This document shows, one piece after another, positions 24,503 through 38,519 of a stretch of DNA of 64,000 bases. Both the position numbers and the translations under genes were made by a program. Every line of letters begins with the position of its first letter. Position 1 is the first letter of the stretch. The stretch spans positions 132,618,001-132,682,000 of the forward strand of contig NC_042997.1 of assembly GCF_006345805.1 (NCBI RefSeq), written 5' to 3'. Below the pieces are notes generated by a model. That model saw nothing but the letters and a program-made list of their open reading frames with translations. It was not told the origin of the DNA and did no database searches. The stretch comes from Octopus sinensis (taxonomy: Eukaryota).

Positions 24503-27500
24503 ATGCCCAATAATATAAACACTGAAACAGTAAAACACGAAGACAAACGTAACATTCCCAACAAACACGATGTAAACAAAAAACAACAAACCCAGACCGT
24601 AAGGATGCATAATAATACACGACAAACAGCAAGCCAAAACACGGCAAACAAACATATAACTAAGAAAGAAAGCGACACAAATCTAAAACCTGGAAACAAC
24701 GAAGGGGAGCCTAATGATTATGATAATATAAAAAGTAAAATAATCAAAGAACTGAAAACCACAGAGCTCAAAATGGACCACCGACCATACCTCCCAAAAA
24801 TCAAAATAGACGAAACAACAACACCAATTATAAACAGCATAAACCTAGCCGTCACGGAACTAATAGCCACTGAAACAAAAAGCGATATCACTGAGTTAAA
24901 TGACTTAGTATACGCAGCAGCCACTGCAGCCATAAAAGAAGCTGGATACTCACTCAAACCCATCCAAACAGGAGTACCACTACCCAAACAAACCCTGTGG
25001 ATAAATAACATCCAAAACAAAATACAAAAAATGAGAAAAGATCTGTCGATTCTTAATGAAATCAGTAGACATTCAACGCTACTGAGCAACAAAAAGAAAA
25101 CAAAAATACTCCGCAAATATAACATCACAGAAAAAGATTTATCTGAGATAAAAGAAAAGCTGAAGCAAGATATCCTTGTCAAAGCACAAAGGATCCGCCG
25201 GTACGAGAAAAAAGTCCAACTCCAACCACAAAAAGTTCTACCAAGAACTTGGCAAAAATAAAATAGAAATCACTGCAGCACCAACGGCAGAAGAAGTGGA
25301 AGAATTCTGGAGAGAAATATGGTCGGCGAACGAACCACCAAAAAAAAGGAGTATTAAAACAACAAACTCAGCATCTGAGCAACTTTGGACCCCCATAACA
25401 ACTGAAGAGGTCACCCAGGCACTGCAAAGACTAAGCAACTGGAAGGCACCTGGGCATGACAAGATTCCCAACTTCTGGTTGAAATATCTAACAGGAATGC
25501 ACAAAAAGCTGGCTGAAAACTTTAACAACATACTAGCAGGGCCAGAGACAATGCCTGAATGGCTCACGAAGGGGAAAACCATCTTAATTCCCAAATCAAA
25601 TGAGACAGCAAAACCAGAAAACTACAGACCAATAACCTGTCTCCCTACAGTGTACAAGGCATTTACTGCAGTAATATCGCAAAGGTTGAACAAGCACCTG
25701 GACGAAAACAATCTGTTTCCAGAAGAGCAGAAAGGATGCCGCAAAGGCTCATATGGCTGTAAAGATCAACTAATGATTAATAAAGCCATAACTGAAGACA
25801 GTCACAGAAAGAAGAAAGGCCTCAGTATGGCCTGGATCGACTACAAAAAGGCGTTTGATAGCATCCTCCACACATGGATCCTCGAAACACTAGCCATTAA
25901 CAAAGTAGCACCAACAATTATAAAATTCATAGGGCACTCTATGAATAAATGGCAAACAGTGCTACAGCTCTAAACAAAAGAGGGACTCATGAAAACCAAA
26001 GCCATCCCCATTAGAAGAGGAATATTCCAGGGAGACACGCTCTCTCCACTCCTTTTCTGCTTGGCACTGTCACCTCTATCTGATATGCTAAATAGAACTG
26101 GATGCGGATATAAATGTTACGGCAAAACGATCAGCCACCTTTTATATATGGATGACCTAAAACTATACGCTGCAAATGACAAACAGCTGGAAACACTATT
26201 AAAGACAGTTCATGGATTTACCAAAGAAATAGATATGAAATTTGGATTAGAAAAATGCGCCAAAGTAACCATGAAAAGAGGAAAACTAGTTAAGAGTAGC
26301 AACATCACACTAGATAAAACCAATGAAATAAAAGAATTAGACCAAAGCCAAACTTACAAATACTTAGGAATCCATCAACTAGATAAGACACAACACACAC
26401 AAATGAAAGAGAAAATAAAAAAAGAATATTATAGATGAGTTAGATCAATACTAAAAACAGAGCTCAATGCTAAAAACAAGATAATAGGTATTAACACTTT
26501 AGCTGTCCCAGTTATAAGTTACAGCTACAATATCCTTAACTGGACACTAAAGGAACTGACTAAAATAGATAGGAAAACAAGAAAAATAATGACCGGATCT
26601 AGGATGCATCACCCAAAATCTGACATAGAAATACTATATATACAATGTATAGAAGGTGGTAGAAGCCTTATACAGCTGGAAAACTACTATAAAATAACCA
26701 CCATAGGACGGCAAAACTATCTACTTCAGAAGGAAGGAAGACTGATACAAATAGCGGCAAAACACGAGCAAAGCAAAAAACTGTTCTCAGTATTTAAAGA
26801 AGCTGACAAATACAAACAAGAAATCATACCACCTAATAAATATGAAGAAGAAGAAGAAGAAGAAGAAGAAGAAGAAGAAGAAGAAGAAGAAGAAGAAGAA
26901 GAAGAAGAAGAAGAAGAAGAAGAAGAAGAAGAAGAAGAAGAAGAAGAAGAAGAAGAGAAGAAGAAACAACAAAAGCTATAAAACAAATGAAAACCAAACT
27001 AAAAATAGAACAGCAAAGAACCATGATAAAACGATGGCAAGAAAAGCCCATTCATGGTAAATACTGGACTAAACTAAACGCAAAAGAAATAGACAAAGTA
27101 AAATCCCAGCAATGGTTGAGAAGCTCAGGACTCAAAGCAGAAACAGAGGGATTTTTAATTGCAGCACAAGACCAAAGCCTCCCCACCAGAAATTACCAAA
27201 AACATTGTAATGAAAAGAAATATAACAAGTAACTGCAGAATATGTGGAGATGGACAAGAAACAATAAATCATATTATCTCTGGCTGCCCAGTCCTGGCTA
27301 AGAAGGAATATATTCACAGACATGACAGAGTTGGAACCTACATACACTGGAAGCTATGCCAACATTATGGAATAACAACAGAAAAAAGATGGTATAGGCA
27401 CACACCAGAAAAGGTCACAGAAAACAAGAAAGCAACCATACTCTGGGATATGCCGATACACACAGATAGAGAAATTAAGGCTAACAGACCAGATATAGCT

Positions 27501-27801
27501 GTCAGAGATCATGAAAAAAAAATGCTTTCTAATTGATGTATCAATACCGGCAGATGACAACGTGTCTCTAAAAGAAATGGAGAAACTTTCAAAATACAAA
27601 GACCTGGAAATAGAGGCAACCAGAATGTGGAATCTAAAAACAGAAACAATTCCTATCATAGTAGGTGCATTAGGCATGATAAAAAAATATTCAGACAAAT
27701 GCATAACAAAAACACCAGGACTTACAAACACATATAACATACAGAAAATTGCACTACTAGGCACTGCACACATCCTACGCAGAACACTTTCCATACAATA
27801 A
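24503..27801 (+). pseudogene. RT-zinc knuckle-RLE polyprotein ORF of the Dong-like element (2 in-frame stops, ~4 frameshifts)
   Basis: ORF-track segments 24503-25261, 25176-25973, 25989-26438, 26589-26981, 26987-27232, 27159-27536 and 27511-27801 are collinear domain pieces. Confidence 0.92.
26844..26957 (+). repeat. (GAA)n tract inside the Dong ORF (~38 Glu codons)
   Basis: Direct reading. Confidence 0.97.
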
Positions 27802-27895
27802 CCATCAGAGCATCACAACAAATCACAGCACATACCTAAGCCACACAGAGCTGCGCTCGGCAGTGAAGTGAAAGCACGCTATAAAAATAAAACTA

Positions 27896-27900
<5 letters not shown>

Positions 27901-27975
<75 letters not shown>

Positions 27976-28001
27976 GAAGAAGAAGAAGAAGAAGAAGAAG
28001 A
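27901..28001. repeat. (TAA)n followed by (GAA)n
   Basis: Direct reading. Confidence 0.95.
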
Positions 28002-28989
28002 ATATTAAAAGAAACTGGTGCCATACTATACATGGAAGAGTTTGCATACTCTCGGCTCCGAGAAAGAACAGTGCTGCACAAAGCCCATCATCATGGAAAT
28101 GTAGCAGGTGACGCAGTAGAAATTTGTCTGAAACAACCAAGCGTTGAATAATAATGATAATAACAATGGTAATCTATCATTGTGACGAAGCAATAGCGAA
28201 GATTGTAGTTGATTTGACTTATTTCACTTATTCTAGCTGTTTCTGAAACCACATAGTAATGCAAAATAACTAAATATTTTCCGACATTTCATCCATTACA
28301 CTGTTATTTCTTCCTTCTGCAGTCCCCATAATACCAAACCAATGGAAATATGAAGTAGTAACTTCCTTCTTATGCCTGACTTTCATTTTAATTAATCATC
28401 TATTTTTGTTCTATAAATCATCATAATTCAGATAAATGCCAGGTTTATATCAAATGTTGCATCGTAGTTCAATAATTCTGCAAGTATTGTATCTTTAGAA
28501 TCGTAAAATATCTGTTTGACTGATCTGTACAAATAGCGAATCCTGGAAGCGGTAAACTGAAACAGCGTAACACTCTATCATCAATATATATGATTGATTC
28601 CAAACAACCTTTTACTTGTTTTCAATATGTCAGTTTGTTGGGTTACAACGCAGTATGCCATGCGGTATATCCTTTTAGCAACTTGACACATAATACTTAT
28701 CTTTAATTGTACATTTTCGATTCTTACCTTTGAAATTAGAAATGTGTGCCAAAATAACATCTTTCAGCTAGAGATATTATTGGTCATATTTGTTTAGCAG
28801 ATATATTCTTGTAAAGTTCACAAATAAAAACTGTAAAACACTATCTTAGGTATTTTCTGTTCTTATATATCTTCCGTATTTGAAGATCCTGTCGAATGTA
28901 CTTGTAGCAAATCCTGCTTACCGATAAACTTCCACGTACTAGTGACCTCCAAATCAAATCCTGTTACATCATACTAGACTTATATTTTA

Positions 28990-29165
28990 TTTCTTTATTG
29001 CCCACAGGGGGCTAAACATAGAGGAGACACACAAGGACAGACAAAGGAATTAGGTCGATTACATAGACTCCAGTGCGTAACTGGTACTTATTTAATCGAC
29101 CCTGAAAAGATGAAAGGCAAAGTCGACCTCAGCAGAATTTCAACTCAGAACGTAACGGCAAACGA
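28990..29165 (-). mobile_element. SINE family A1, 5' truncated
   Basis: Homology to 29896-30126. Confidence 0.88.
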
Positions 29166-29186
29166 GACTTATATTAATTACTATGA

Positions 29187-29508
29187 GGGCGCGTGGCTTA
29201 GTGGTTAGGGCATTCGGCTCATGATCGTAAGGTTGTGAGTTCGATTCCCGGCGACGCGTTGTGTCCTTGAGCAAGACACTTTATTTCACGTTGCTCCAGT
29301 CCACTCAGCTGGCAAAAATGAGTTGTACTTGTATTTCAAAGGGTCAGCCTTGTCACTCTCTGTGTCACGCTGATTATCCCCGAGAACTACGTTAAGGGTA
29401 CACGTGTCTGTGGAATGCTCAGCCATTTGCACGTTAATTTCACGAGCAAGCTGTTCCGTTGATCGTATCAGCTGGGACCCTCGTCGTCGTAACCGGCGGA
29501 GTCTTTAA
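29187..29508 (+). mobile_element. SINE family D (tail D1) with 11-bp TSD
   Basis: tRNA-like head gggcgcgtggcttagtggttagg..gagttcgattccc; core ttgtgtccttgagcaagacactttatttcacgttgctccagtccactcagctg resembles the Meta/MESC domain; TSD aattactatga 29176-29186 / 29509-29519. Confidence 0.92.
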
Positions 29509-29895
29509 AATTACTATGAAAAGTGATATTGGAATATATTTGGCAGTTAGCAGCGATCCAGGGTAGCCTCAACCATCTTACTAATCAGCGATCCGCATAT
29601 GAAACTGAGAAAAACTCTTCATACCTGTCCTAAAATATTTGACGATCACTCATCCCAACAACACTTAAATATAACATTCCCAGAACAGAATCGCTGAGAC
29701 AATGCTTGTTCTTCATGTTCATACCATTGTTTACACCCGAAAAAGTTACTGAACCGCCATAAATGCTGTTGATGACTAACACTAGTGTACAACTCATATT
29801 AGTGGGATACTAGTACATTGACACATTCTAGAAATCGTCAAAGAGAATGGCTTTCAAGTTGGCTGGCAAATATTCACTCATAGGCACATAATATT

Positions 29896-30126
29896 TTTTT
29901 CTTTACTACCCACAAGGGGCTAAACACAGAGGGGACAAACAAGGACATTTAAACGGATTAAGTCCATTACATCGACCCCAGTGCGTAACTGGTACTTAAT
30001 TTATCGACCCCGAAAGGATGAAAGGCAAAGTCGACCTCGGCGGAATTTGAACTCAGAACGTAACAGCAGACGTAATACGGCTACGCATTTCGCCCGGCGT
30101 GCTAACGTTTCTGCCAGCTCGCCGCC
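29896..30126 (-). mobile_element. SINE family A1
   Basis: Full head and tail; cacataata on both flanks. Confidence 0.93.
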
Positions 30127-30699
30127 TTCTCATCGACACATAATAACCATCAACTTACATGTCCATTATTCTTTCTCCTTCCCCACCGTTTTTAAACGCT
30201 ACTTCAACGGCCTTTGCTCGTTTAAAAACTATCTAATTAAATATCATCTTCATCCAGTCGGTCCTTTCTTATGCATTTAACTAAAGGTCTTTCATGATCC
30301 TTAATGTATCTCACTTCCGTAGCCATACGTTGTAGAATGCAATCTATAGGATATGACGTTTGGAAGATGACAAAGTTAATTTCAGTGAAAACGTGAAATG
30401 TGGTTAAAAAGTTAGCTTCATAACTACGTGATTTGGGCGGTTCGATCTCATTGCACGGTGCATTAGGCAAATATATTATTCGATAACCCACCAAAGTCTT
30501 ATGAGAGAAATTTGAGCGACGGCGATGTTTCGAAAGAGGAACCATTTCTGTTTTGGGGTTGTAAACTTAATCTTTAGCCTTATTTAACTCGCTGGTTCTT
30601 GGACGCTATTACTGAATTCCACTCTGTTGCAAGTATTCGAGCCACGTCTGTGGCTGGGGGGTAACTTTCTATCTCCTCTACCGTCATTCTCTTTCTAAG

Positions 30700-31065
30700 C
30701 CACTAAAAGACACGTGCATGCTTACTTGTGACGACGTTCACCCATGGCGGGTTGAGCCGGCTTCTTCTCTGGTCGTAACGGCATCATGAACCATGGCGGC
30801 CCATGCTCGACGGTCCTGTGCGAGGTCACTGGAGATAGCGACCTATTCGCGGTTCCATCTGTGCAGACCAACCACCTGCGGACCTGAGAGTTCGGAGAGG
30901 TCCTCCTTTATCGTCGTTGCCCAGGTATTCAGTTGCCCGCCCGTGCGTTTGCGCCAGCTGGGAAGTGGACGCATGGCCGCATGACAGAACCACCTTAAGA
31001 GCCTTTGTAGAAGCACCGAAGGGAGGGGCCGGAGATTCATGCGATGACGAAGACCGGCTGTACAT
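30700..31065 (-). mobile_element. RTE-clade LINE 3' fragment
   Basis: LRWFCHAAMR..WRKRTGGQLNTWATTIKEDL..LAQDRRAW, the typical RTE C-terminus. Confidence 0.8.
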
Positions 31066-31111
31066 ATAAAATTGCCATTACTAGAAATTTAGGATATATA
31101 ATGCTTATGAA

Positions 31112-31434
31112 CGTGGAGGCGCAATAGCCCAGTGGTCAGGGCAGCAGACTCGCAGTCGGAGGATCGTGGTTTCGATTCCCAGACCGGGCGTTGTGTATGT
31201 TTATTGAGCGAAAACACTTAAAAGCTCCACGAGGCTCCAGCAGAGGTTGGTGGCTACCCCTGTTGTACTCTTTCGTTACAAATTTCTCTCACTCTCTGTT
31301 TCTGTTTCTTGAGTAACGCTGCGATGGACTGGCGTCCTGTCCAGCTGGGGGGAACACATACACTACAGAAACCGGGAAACCGGGCCCATGAGCTTGGCTA
31401 GGCTTGAAAAGGGTGACGTTTATCGTTTATCGTT
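31112..31434 (+). mobile_element. SINE family B (tail B1) with 13-bp TSD
   Basis: TSD taatgcttatgaa 31099-31111 / 31435-31447; (gtttatc)n tail. Confidence 0.94.
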
Positions 31435-31632
31435 TAATGCTTATGAATGTTAGCAAGATTTAACATTTTAACAGGCCCTATCTGACTCCAAATTCCACCT
31501 GCTTTATTTCAGAATGGCTAGATCCAGCCTTTCACACCTACCTTACAATGTCATTCTTAAAATAAGCAATCACATCATCGAAATAACAAAGCTACAAGAT
31601 AACACATGATTGATTGAAAACCCTGCAAATAT

Positions 31633-31862
31633 ATTTCTTTACTACCCACAAGGGGCTAAACACAGAGGGGACAAACAAGGACAGACAAAGGGATTAAGTC
31701 GATTACATCGACTCCAGTGCGTAACTGGTACTTAATTTATCGACCCCGAAAGGATGAAAGGCAAAGTGGACCTCGGCGGTATTTGAACTCAGAACGTAAC
31801 GGCAGACGAAATACCGCTAAGCATTTCGCCCGGCGTGCTAATGTTTCTGCCAGCTCGCCGCC
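31633..31862 (-). mobile_element. SINE family A1
   Basis: Full length; imperfect TSD aaccctgcaaata / aatcctgtaaata. Confidence 0.93.
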
Positions 31863-32469
31863 AATCCTGTAAATAACCCTGTAATAGATTGGCATAACTT
31901 TTGACTGAGTAATCTGAATGCTGAAATGTTAAAGAAAAACAGCAAGAAATGAGTTCAGCCGCATCTCTTCCGATATTGCCAGGGAAACACAAAATAATAA
32001 CATGAAAGTTGGTTTCACAATTATAATTAGTGGTCTTAGAAACAATTACAAATATAGTGAGATGTCATTAAACCATTGAAGTGAACGTTTCAATTAAGGT
32101 ATATTGAAATACAAATTCAATTTTATTCCAAATAATTATTAGAGCGACTGGTTCCCTATATAAACAGGACTATTTATTCAGCCTGGCTGGTATTTGCTAT
32201 ACCAATGAATGCATTATTCACTGTTTCCTATGTCGTATGTGATAGACCTCGTGCAAACATGTGGTTGACTGCAAACATACGTGATTAATAGGCCCCCAAC
32301 AGGCGAAATGCGTATGGTAATCTTGCTCGCCACTGCTGAGGCGATATTTCGTCACCATCCGATATATATTATATTTATGTTTTTCATAACAAATGAAACC
32401 ACAATAACTTACCCGATACATAGAGGGCTACGTATGAATGTCTGTCCGTATGTCTGTATATATGTATCT

Positions 32470-33360
32470 ATGTATGTATGTCGTTATTCAGTTTTATTTC
32501 ACGATTTCTTGCCACTAGAGGAAGAACTGGATTCTAAACTAGATCCAAGAATCTTTCATTGGAATTTCAATATCAACAACAGGATATTTTTGTATGTATG
32601 TATGTATGTATGTATGTATGTATGTATGTATGCATGTATGCATGTATGCATGTATGTATGTATTATGTATGTATGTATGTAGTATGTATGTATGTATGTA
32701 TGTATGTACGTATGCATGTATGTACGTGCAGATTTGTATGTTTTATGTATTCTCATGCATATAGTTGCATATGTAAATGTGCTCATACATATTTAAATGA
32801 TAAACTTCTGAAAAGTTTTACAGATTTTTACAGTTCCAGTGATGGAATGGATATATAGTTCTCGAATTAGCTTTCTCTTTTTGAGAAACCTAATTTCCCA
32901 AGATTGGCATTTAGGCAGTGAGTTACATGTCCTAGAGACCCAATAATTACAAGTATAAACCTGAACTTGTAATCTGGATAGAGTAACTGCAGATTTGTCA
33001 ATAGTTCGGCATAGATGTTTTCTTTTTCACTGATCTTCGGCTTTATGTTAACATCCGCTGAGCAACTAATTTCCACAACTTTTCACAGTTTCTCTTCTCT
33101 ATCCCAAATCATTATATCAGGTCTGTTGTGCTTACACTTTATATTGAGGTCTTCACTGGTACATTCTACCAGTATTCTTTTTTATTATAATTTCCTATGG
33201 CTTCTACCATTTGTGGGTTCTTATTTTTGCCTTCAGGATTATCCTTCCGACAGATTTCATTATAGAGTGTCCTAGCTACATATCCCGTCTGTTGATAATA
33301 CCGTGATTACATTTTCGGATAACTGCTTATGATGTGGGTGATATCTTCAGTTTGAACTCG
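32470..33360 (-). mobile_element. R4-like lineage 2: RLE domain plus 3'UTR
   Basis: KEYW*NVPVKT..KHNRPDIMIWD..EISCSADVNI..EKENIYAEL; 3'UTR matches 45280-45520. Confidence 0.85.
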
Positions 33361-33599
33361 GTTGTCAAGCGATGGTTGGGGACAAACACAGGCACAGAAA
33401 AATACTCTCTCACACACATACATGAATATATATATTCCACGGGCTTCATTCAGTTTCCATCAGCCAAATCCTTTCACAGGGCTTTGGTCAGCCCGAGGAT
33501 ATAGTAGAAGACAATTACCCATGTTGCCACACAGAGGGACTGAACCCGGAACCATGTGGTTGGGACGCAAGCTTTTTACCACACAGCCACTCCTGCGCC

Positions 33600-33602
<3 letters not shown>
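33360..33602 (-). mobile_element. SINE family C (5' half)
   Basis: ggcgcaggagtggctgtgtggtaa..ggttccgggttcagtccc. Confidence 0.9.
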
Positions 33603-33634
<32 letters not shown>

Positions 33635-33649
33635 TATATTATATATATA

Positions 33650-33694
<45 letters not shown>

Positions 33695-34382
33695 CAGAGA
33701 GAGAGACAGAGAGAGAGAGACAGAGCCAGAGAGAGACAGAGAGAGAGAGAGAGAGGGAGAGAGAGGGAGAGAGAGAGAATATCAATAACAAATAGGAAGC
33801 GGTATTGTTAGTATATTGAGTATAGCTAGAATTGGTTTCTCAAAGAAGGTGATGCAATAATCCCAAACTTTCACATAAGTACATTAGTATAACCGACAGA
33901 AATAAACTCAAACAAAGCATTTTGAAAAAAGTAATAATAATCCTCTTTCCCGTCTATTTTCTTATTTCACTCTTTCTTTTCTTTCCTAACAACTTTCCTC
34001 TTAAATTTATGACTGGGCATTTGACTGATAAAATAATAAAAAATCATAATAATTCAAATTTAAGTTTCTAATGTTGACGTAGTGACATAAGGGTTTTGAC
34101 TTCGCTTTTATTTCAGAAAGTAGAATTATGGGCATTAATTGAATATTCAAATAATTGAAGATGCATTAAAGGAAACGAAAAGATTTATGTATTTTACATA
34201 TATGTGTGTCTCCGTGCTTGTGTATATACGTTACTATGTTTATTACCTCACATCTACATACATACATGTATGTGTGAGTATATACGTAGTTTATATTTTT
34301 CTGTATGTAGACACACTTGTGTATATATATATATATATATAAACACATATACCTATATGTATATAAATATATATATATACAT

Positions 34383-34461
<79 letters not shown>

Positions 34462-35103
34462 TATATAATATATATATATATATATATATACATATTATAT
34501 ATATATATATAATATATGGATACTCATATGTACATACACATACAAATATATATGTCTATGTATTATGTATGCGCGTAAATATAGGTGGAAGTATATATGT
34601 TTGAGTTTGTATATGTGTATCTATTTGTGTGTTTGTGTGTCTGTATGTATGCACATGTGTTCGTGTGTATGTTTATATGTATCTTGGTGGTGTTATTGCT
34701 TTTTACGATGTATGCCGAGAGCAATTAAAATAGAAGACGCAACAAAAAGTGCGTTGTATTGATTGCTCTTTCTTAGTGTAGAAATAATTTTATGCGAAGT
34801 ATGTATCTAATTCGTGGTATTCCAACCTGTTTACTAAGAAATGTTTTATAGGAATTTAGACTTGATGCCTTCTGCTTGTATTTTATGGCCACCCACCTTT
34901 CTTTAATGTGTGTTACATTTTCTTTTCTTATTTGTCAATTTGGTCATTTATTCATTTGAAGTTATTCACGCTTTTATCCATTTCCAGGCCAAACGTCTTA
35001 CTTCAAAAGATTCTAGTGTTTCACACCACGATATTCCTGATTATTGAAGTCCACTAATCTATTAGAGTAGATTTCTTCTTTTATCGAGCCGTTAGTGTAA
35101 CAG

Positions 35104-35152
35104 GCTGGATTGCCGATCCGTCAGATGGAAAAGGACATCAATGGATCTCACC
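35104..35152 (+). CDS. Candidate 49-nt exon
   Basis: gtgtaacAG acceptor, ACC|GTGAGT donor; all three frames open (e.g. WIADPSDGKGHQWIS). Confidence 0.35.
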
Positions 35153-35264
35153 GTGAGTTTTAGAACTAAGTAAATGTCAACAGGATAAAATGATTTGCGG
35201 TGCTTATTGTTTTCTTTTCATTTCTTTTTCATTTCCTTATCTTTCCTTGAACCCATTCATTATT

Positions 35265-35317
<53 letters not shown>

Positions 35318-35689
35318 TGTTGTTGTTGCTCTTGCTTTCGTCATTGATGTTGTGAAGTACTATTATGAGTAATGCAACGGCTAGCCACTCTCCTCATTAT
35401 TACTCACTCTCATTAATCTCTTTTGTTTCATAAAGATTAAAGCCAGAATCTTAGCAAACACAGGAAATGCCGTATTTAATTCCAGCCCACTTCGATCTAA
35501 TCGAATTCAGACAGTTTCAACCTTGTCTGTCACCCAGGATAGATGGAATAACTACCACCAAATAATTTAAACGAAAACAAACTCTGTGATAAAATTAGAA
35601 CAAAATCCCTGCATAATATAGGAGTTGAGAAAAAAATCTACTATCAACCTTGTATTGAAGGCTTGGGATTTAGAATCGGTTTCTTGATA

Positions 35690-35915
35690 TAATAATAATA
35701 AAAAACATTGTGTACAGTGCTCAGGTGCACTACAACTCATCTAAAGTGTATGTATAATCAGGTGTAGTTTCGGCGGATTTCGGAAAGCATGAGGGCCTTA
35801 AAGGATGCAGTGTTATGGCAGTCAACAACTGACGCAGGCAGTTTGTTCCATGTTTCAGCAACTCTGAGCGTGAAAAAATGTTTCCGAAAGTCATGGGAGC
35901 TGTGTTGTTTTCTAA
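35690..35915 (-). mobile_element. CR1/L2-group LINE 3' end
   Basis: HDFRKHFFTLRVAETWNKLPASVVDCHNTASFKALML, then short 3'UTR and (TAT)n tail. Confidence 0.8.
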
Positions 35916-36175
35916 CCTTAAATTCATTTTGACAAATTTCTTTGACCCATAAAATACCGGTTTTTCTCTAATCCGCTATCTCTATCGTTGTTTAAATATA
36001 TCAAGTGTTTGAAAATATGTTATTGTTTCTATTTAATTTCCATTTTGAATATATTTGTCCCTCCCCACTAGCCTCTAAATGCATACAATACGCACAGCCG
36101 TGTATATACAAATACTGTGTATTGTATACTTTGCAGGATGTGGATATAAATTAGAACATCGCTGGTATTAATCTT

Positions 36176-36590
36176 ATTTCTATATTGCCACAAAGGGCTA
36201 AACATAGAGGGCACAAACAAGGACAGACAAAGAGATTAAGTCGATTATATCGATCCCAGTGCGTAACTGGTACTTATTTAATCGACCCCGAATGGAGGAA
36301 AAGCTAAGTCAATCTCGGCGGAATTTGAACTCAGAACGCAACGGCAGACGAAATGCCTATTTCTTTACTACCCACAAGGGGCTAAACACAGAGAGGACAA
36401 ACTAGGACAGACAAAAGGATTAAGTCGATTTTATCGACCCCAGTGCGTAACTGGTACTTATTTAATCGACCTCGAAAGGATGAAAGTCAAAGTCGACCTC
36501 GACGGAATTTGAACTCAGAACATAGCGGCAGACGAGATGCCGTTAAGCATTTTGCCTGGCGTGCTAACGATTCTGCCAGTTTGCCGCCTC
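36176..36590 (-). mobile_element. Head-to-tail dimer of SINE A1
   Basis: Two ~183-bp units joined at gacgaaatgcct|atttcttt (36358). Confidence 0.92.
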
Positions 36591-37572
36591 ATAAATAGCA
36601 CAAATATATCGGCAAAGTTATGGGTGATAAGAGGTTCCATGTGGTTTGTTTCTATTGCGTGACACTTTGGCAAGTGACTTTTATCGCTTTTTCACTACAC
36701 TTATGTTGGCCAGTAATTTATGAATGGAATTTGGTCGACGGAAACTGCATAGAAGGCTGTACAATAATATAGTAGAAATTTATTGAAAAACAAAAGACGA
36801 AGACACGTGTATGAAAAACAAGCAAGAGTATTAGTTTGACGCTCGGGAATAATGAAAAGGTCTTTAAAGTTCCGACTCTACGTTCTTCGAGAGAAAGGAA
36901 AAAGCGGAAATAAAGAGAGAGAGAATTGAAGACACGTGTAGAGTTCAGCAGCAGCGTGTGTGTGTGTGTGTGTGTGTGTTTGTTTGTGTGCGTGCGTGCG
37001 CGTGTATACACATATATTTGCGACCGTTGAATTGTGGTGAACGAATGAGATACATATATATACACTATTCGAGTTTCACGGTACTGCGATCTTCAAGCGA
37101 GAACTGTTACAATTCTGTGTTGGTGGTATGTTTATATTCGTTGGAGTCCCTATGCCTTCATGCTTGCATTTGTTCATTACCTTGCGTTTGTTAATTAGCC
37201 GTTATTTTCTACTCTTCACTGATTATTTCTTGGGTGGCGTGTGGTAAATGCTAGATTTAACTAAGTCTGTTTTTTTTTCGGTAAATAATTTTTCTTTCGG
37301 TATTATGTTTGCATAGTTCTTTGTGAATGGGTTTAACTGTGAAACTAATTAAAGATAGCTTTATTATAAAACCTGTTTTATGGCAGAATGATTTTGGTGT
37401 GGCTTTTGGAAAGTACATTTATTTCAGTAGGTGTATGTTTTTAAGGTGTATTTGTTTTATGTGTGTGTGCACGTGTGTGTGTGCGTGTGTATGGGATATT
37501 TGAGGAGTGAAACATCATTTACAACAAAACCATCCTGTATTTAGTTTAATTATACGAGTATCCAACAGGATA

Positions 37573-37739
37573 CCATGCGCTACTTATTCAAGACCTTTGC
37601 GTTCTCAGTTCAAATCACGCCATCTCCTACATGAATTTGGAAGTGTTAAAATGTTGTTCAGTTTACATTTTCACCCGAGAATTTGGGTACCATTAAAAGA
37701 GTACTTTAAAGGATTCTCCTCTGTTGTAATCATTCCAGG
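37573..37739 (+). CDS. Candidate exon (...HPRIWVPLKEYFKGFSSVVIIP); 5' boundary uncertain
   Basis: CAG|GTATGT donor at 37740; open frame; several possible acceptors. Confidence 0.3.
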
Positions 37740-37790
37740 TATGTCTCCCAGCAACCTCAGGGGCTCTGTAGAAGGTCATAAACTCAGGCG

Positions 37791-38024
37791 CAGGCCTGGT
37801 TATGTGGTAGTAAGCTCACTTCTCAACCACATGGTTCCAGATTCAGTTTCGCTGTGTAACACCATGGGTAAGTGTCTTCTGCTATAGCCTCGGGACGACC
37901 AAAACCTTGCAAACGTATGTAGTGGTTGGAGACCTATTGTATATATATATACATACCACCACCACCACCACCAACCATGTGGTTGGTTAGCAAGCTACTT
38001 ACCACACAGCCACTCCTGTGCCTA
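37791..38024. mobile_element. Two SINE C heads in opposite orientation (37791-37925 +, 37972-38024 -)
   Basis: ggcgcaggcctggttatgtggtag.. and reverse-complement ggcacaggagtggctgtgtggtaag.. Confidence 0.8.
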
Positions 38025-38031
38025 TATATAT

Positions 38032-38080
<49 letters not shown>

Positions 38081-38084
38081 ACAC

Positions 38085-38475
38085 AGATCCTCCGTCAAAA
38101 TGGAATGCACTGATCCTGTGCTTATTTCCACTTCGAAGGCAATTTCCTGGATTGTTACTCGACGGTTTTCCATAACTTTTCACTGAAACCTCCAAATCGG
38201 CTCCTTCCTTCGGCTTGGGGATGGCGTGTCTCGCTTTCTACTAAATTTCGGCCATGTTTTAAGCGGTTGTACCACTCCTTCATCTTAAATTTACCTATGG
38301 CATCATCACTAAAGGCCTGTTAAATCTCCTGGATAGTTTGAGCGTGAATATCACGAAGCTTCTGGCAAAACTTGATGCAATGCTTCTACTCGATGTTCAT
38401 GGTGAAAACGAAGATCTGACTAGCGCGCACTACACGTCTGTTCTCTAGGCATAACAGCCAAAACCTGACGTGAAC
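38085..38475 (-). mobile_element. Mariner transposase 5' fragment
   Basis: CIKFCQKL..QAFSDDA..KEWYNRLKHGR..ENRRVTIQEIAFEVEISTGSVHSILTEDL. Confidence 0.85.
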
Positions 38476-38519
38476 TACCAGTGCGAAAACTATCATACAA
38501 TCACAGGAAGGAAGGCGTC

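Larger units (their letters stand above)
24361..27900 (+). mobile_element. R4/Dong-clade RLE non-LTR retrotransposon, nearly complete, disrupted ORF
   Basis: WKAPGHD, YRPITCL, DYKKAFDS, GIFQGDTLSPLLF, YMDDLKL (RT); CRICG..HIISGC (CCHC); RPDI..LIDVSIP..KLSKYKDL (RLE); ~100-nt 3'UTR; (TAA)n on both flanks as known for Dong. Confidence 0.97.

Noticed and set aside
28400-28950. Minus-strand exon-like pieces (GFDLEVTSTWKFI, LKDVILAHISNFK, FTASRIRYLYRSVKQ)
   Set aside because: Weak acceptors or missing donors, and no consistent phase chain
30237-30545. 102-aa minus-strand ORF
   Set aside because: No recognisable motif or splice context
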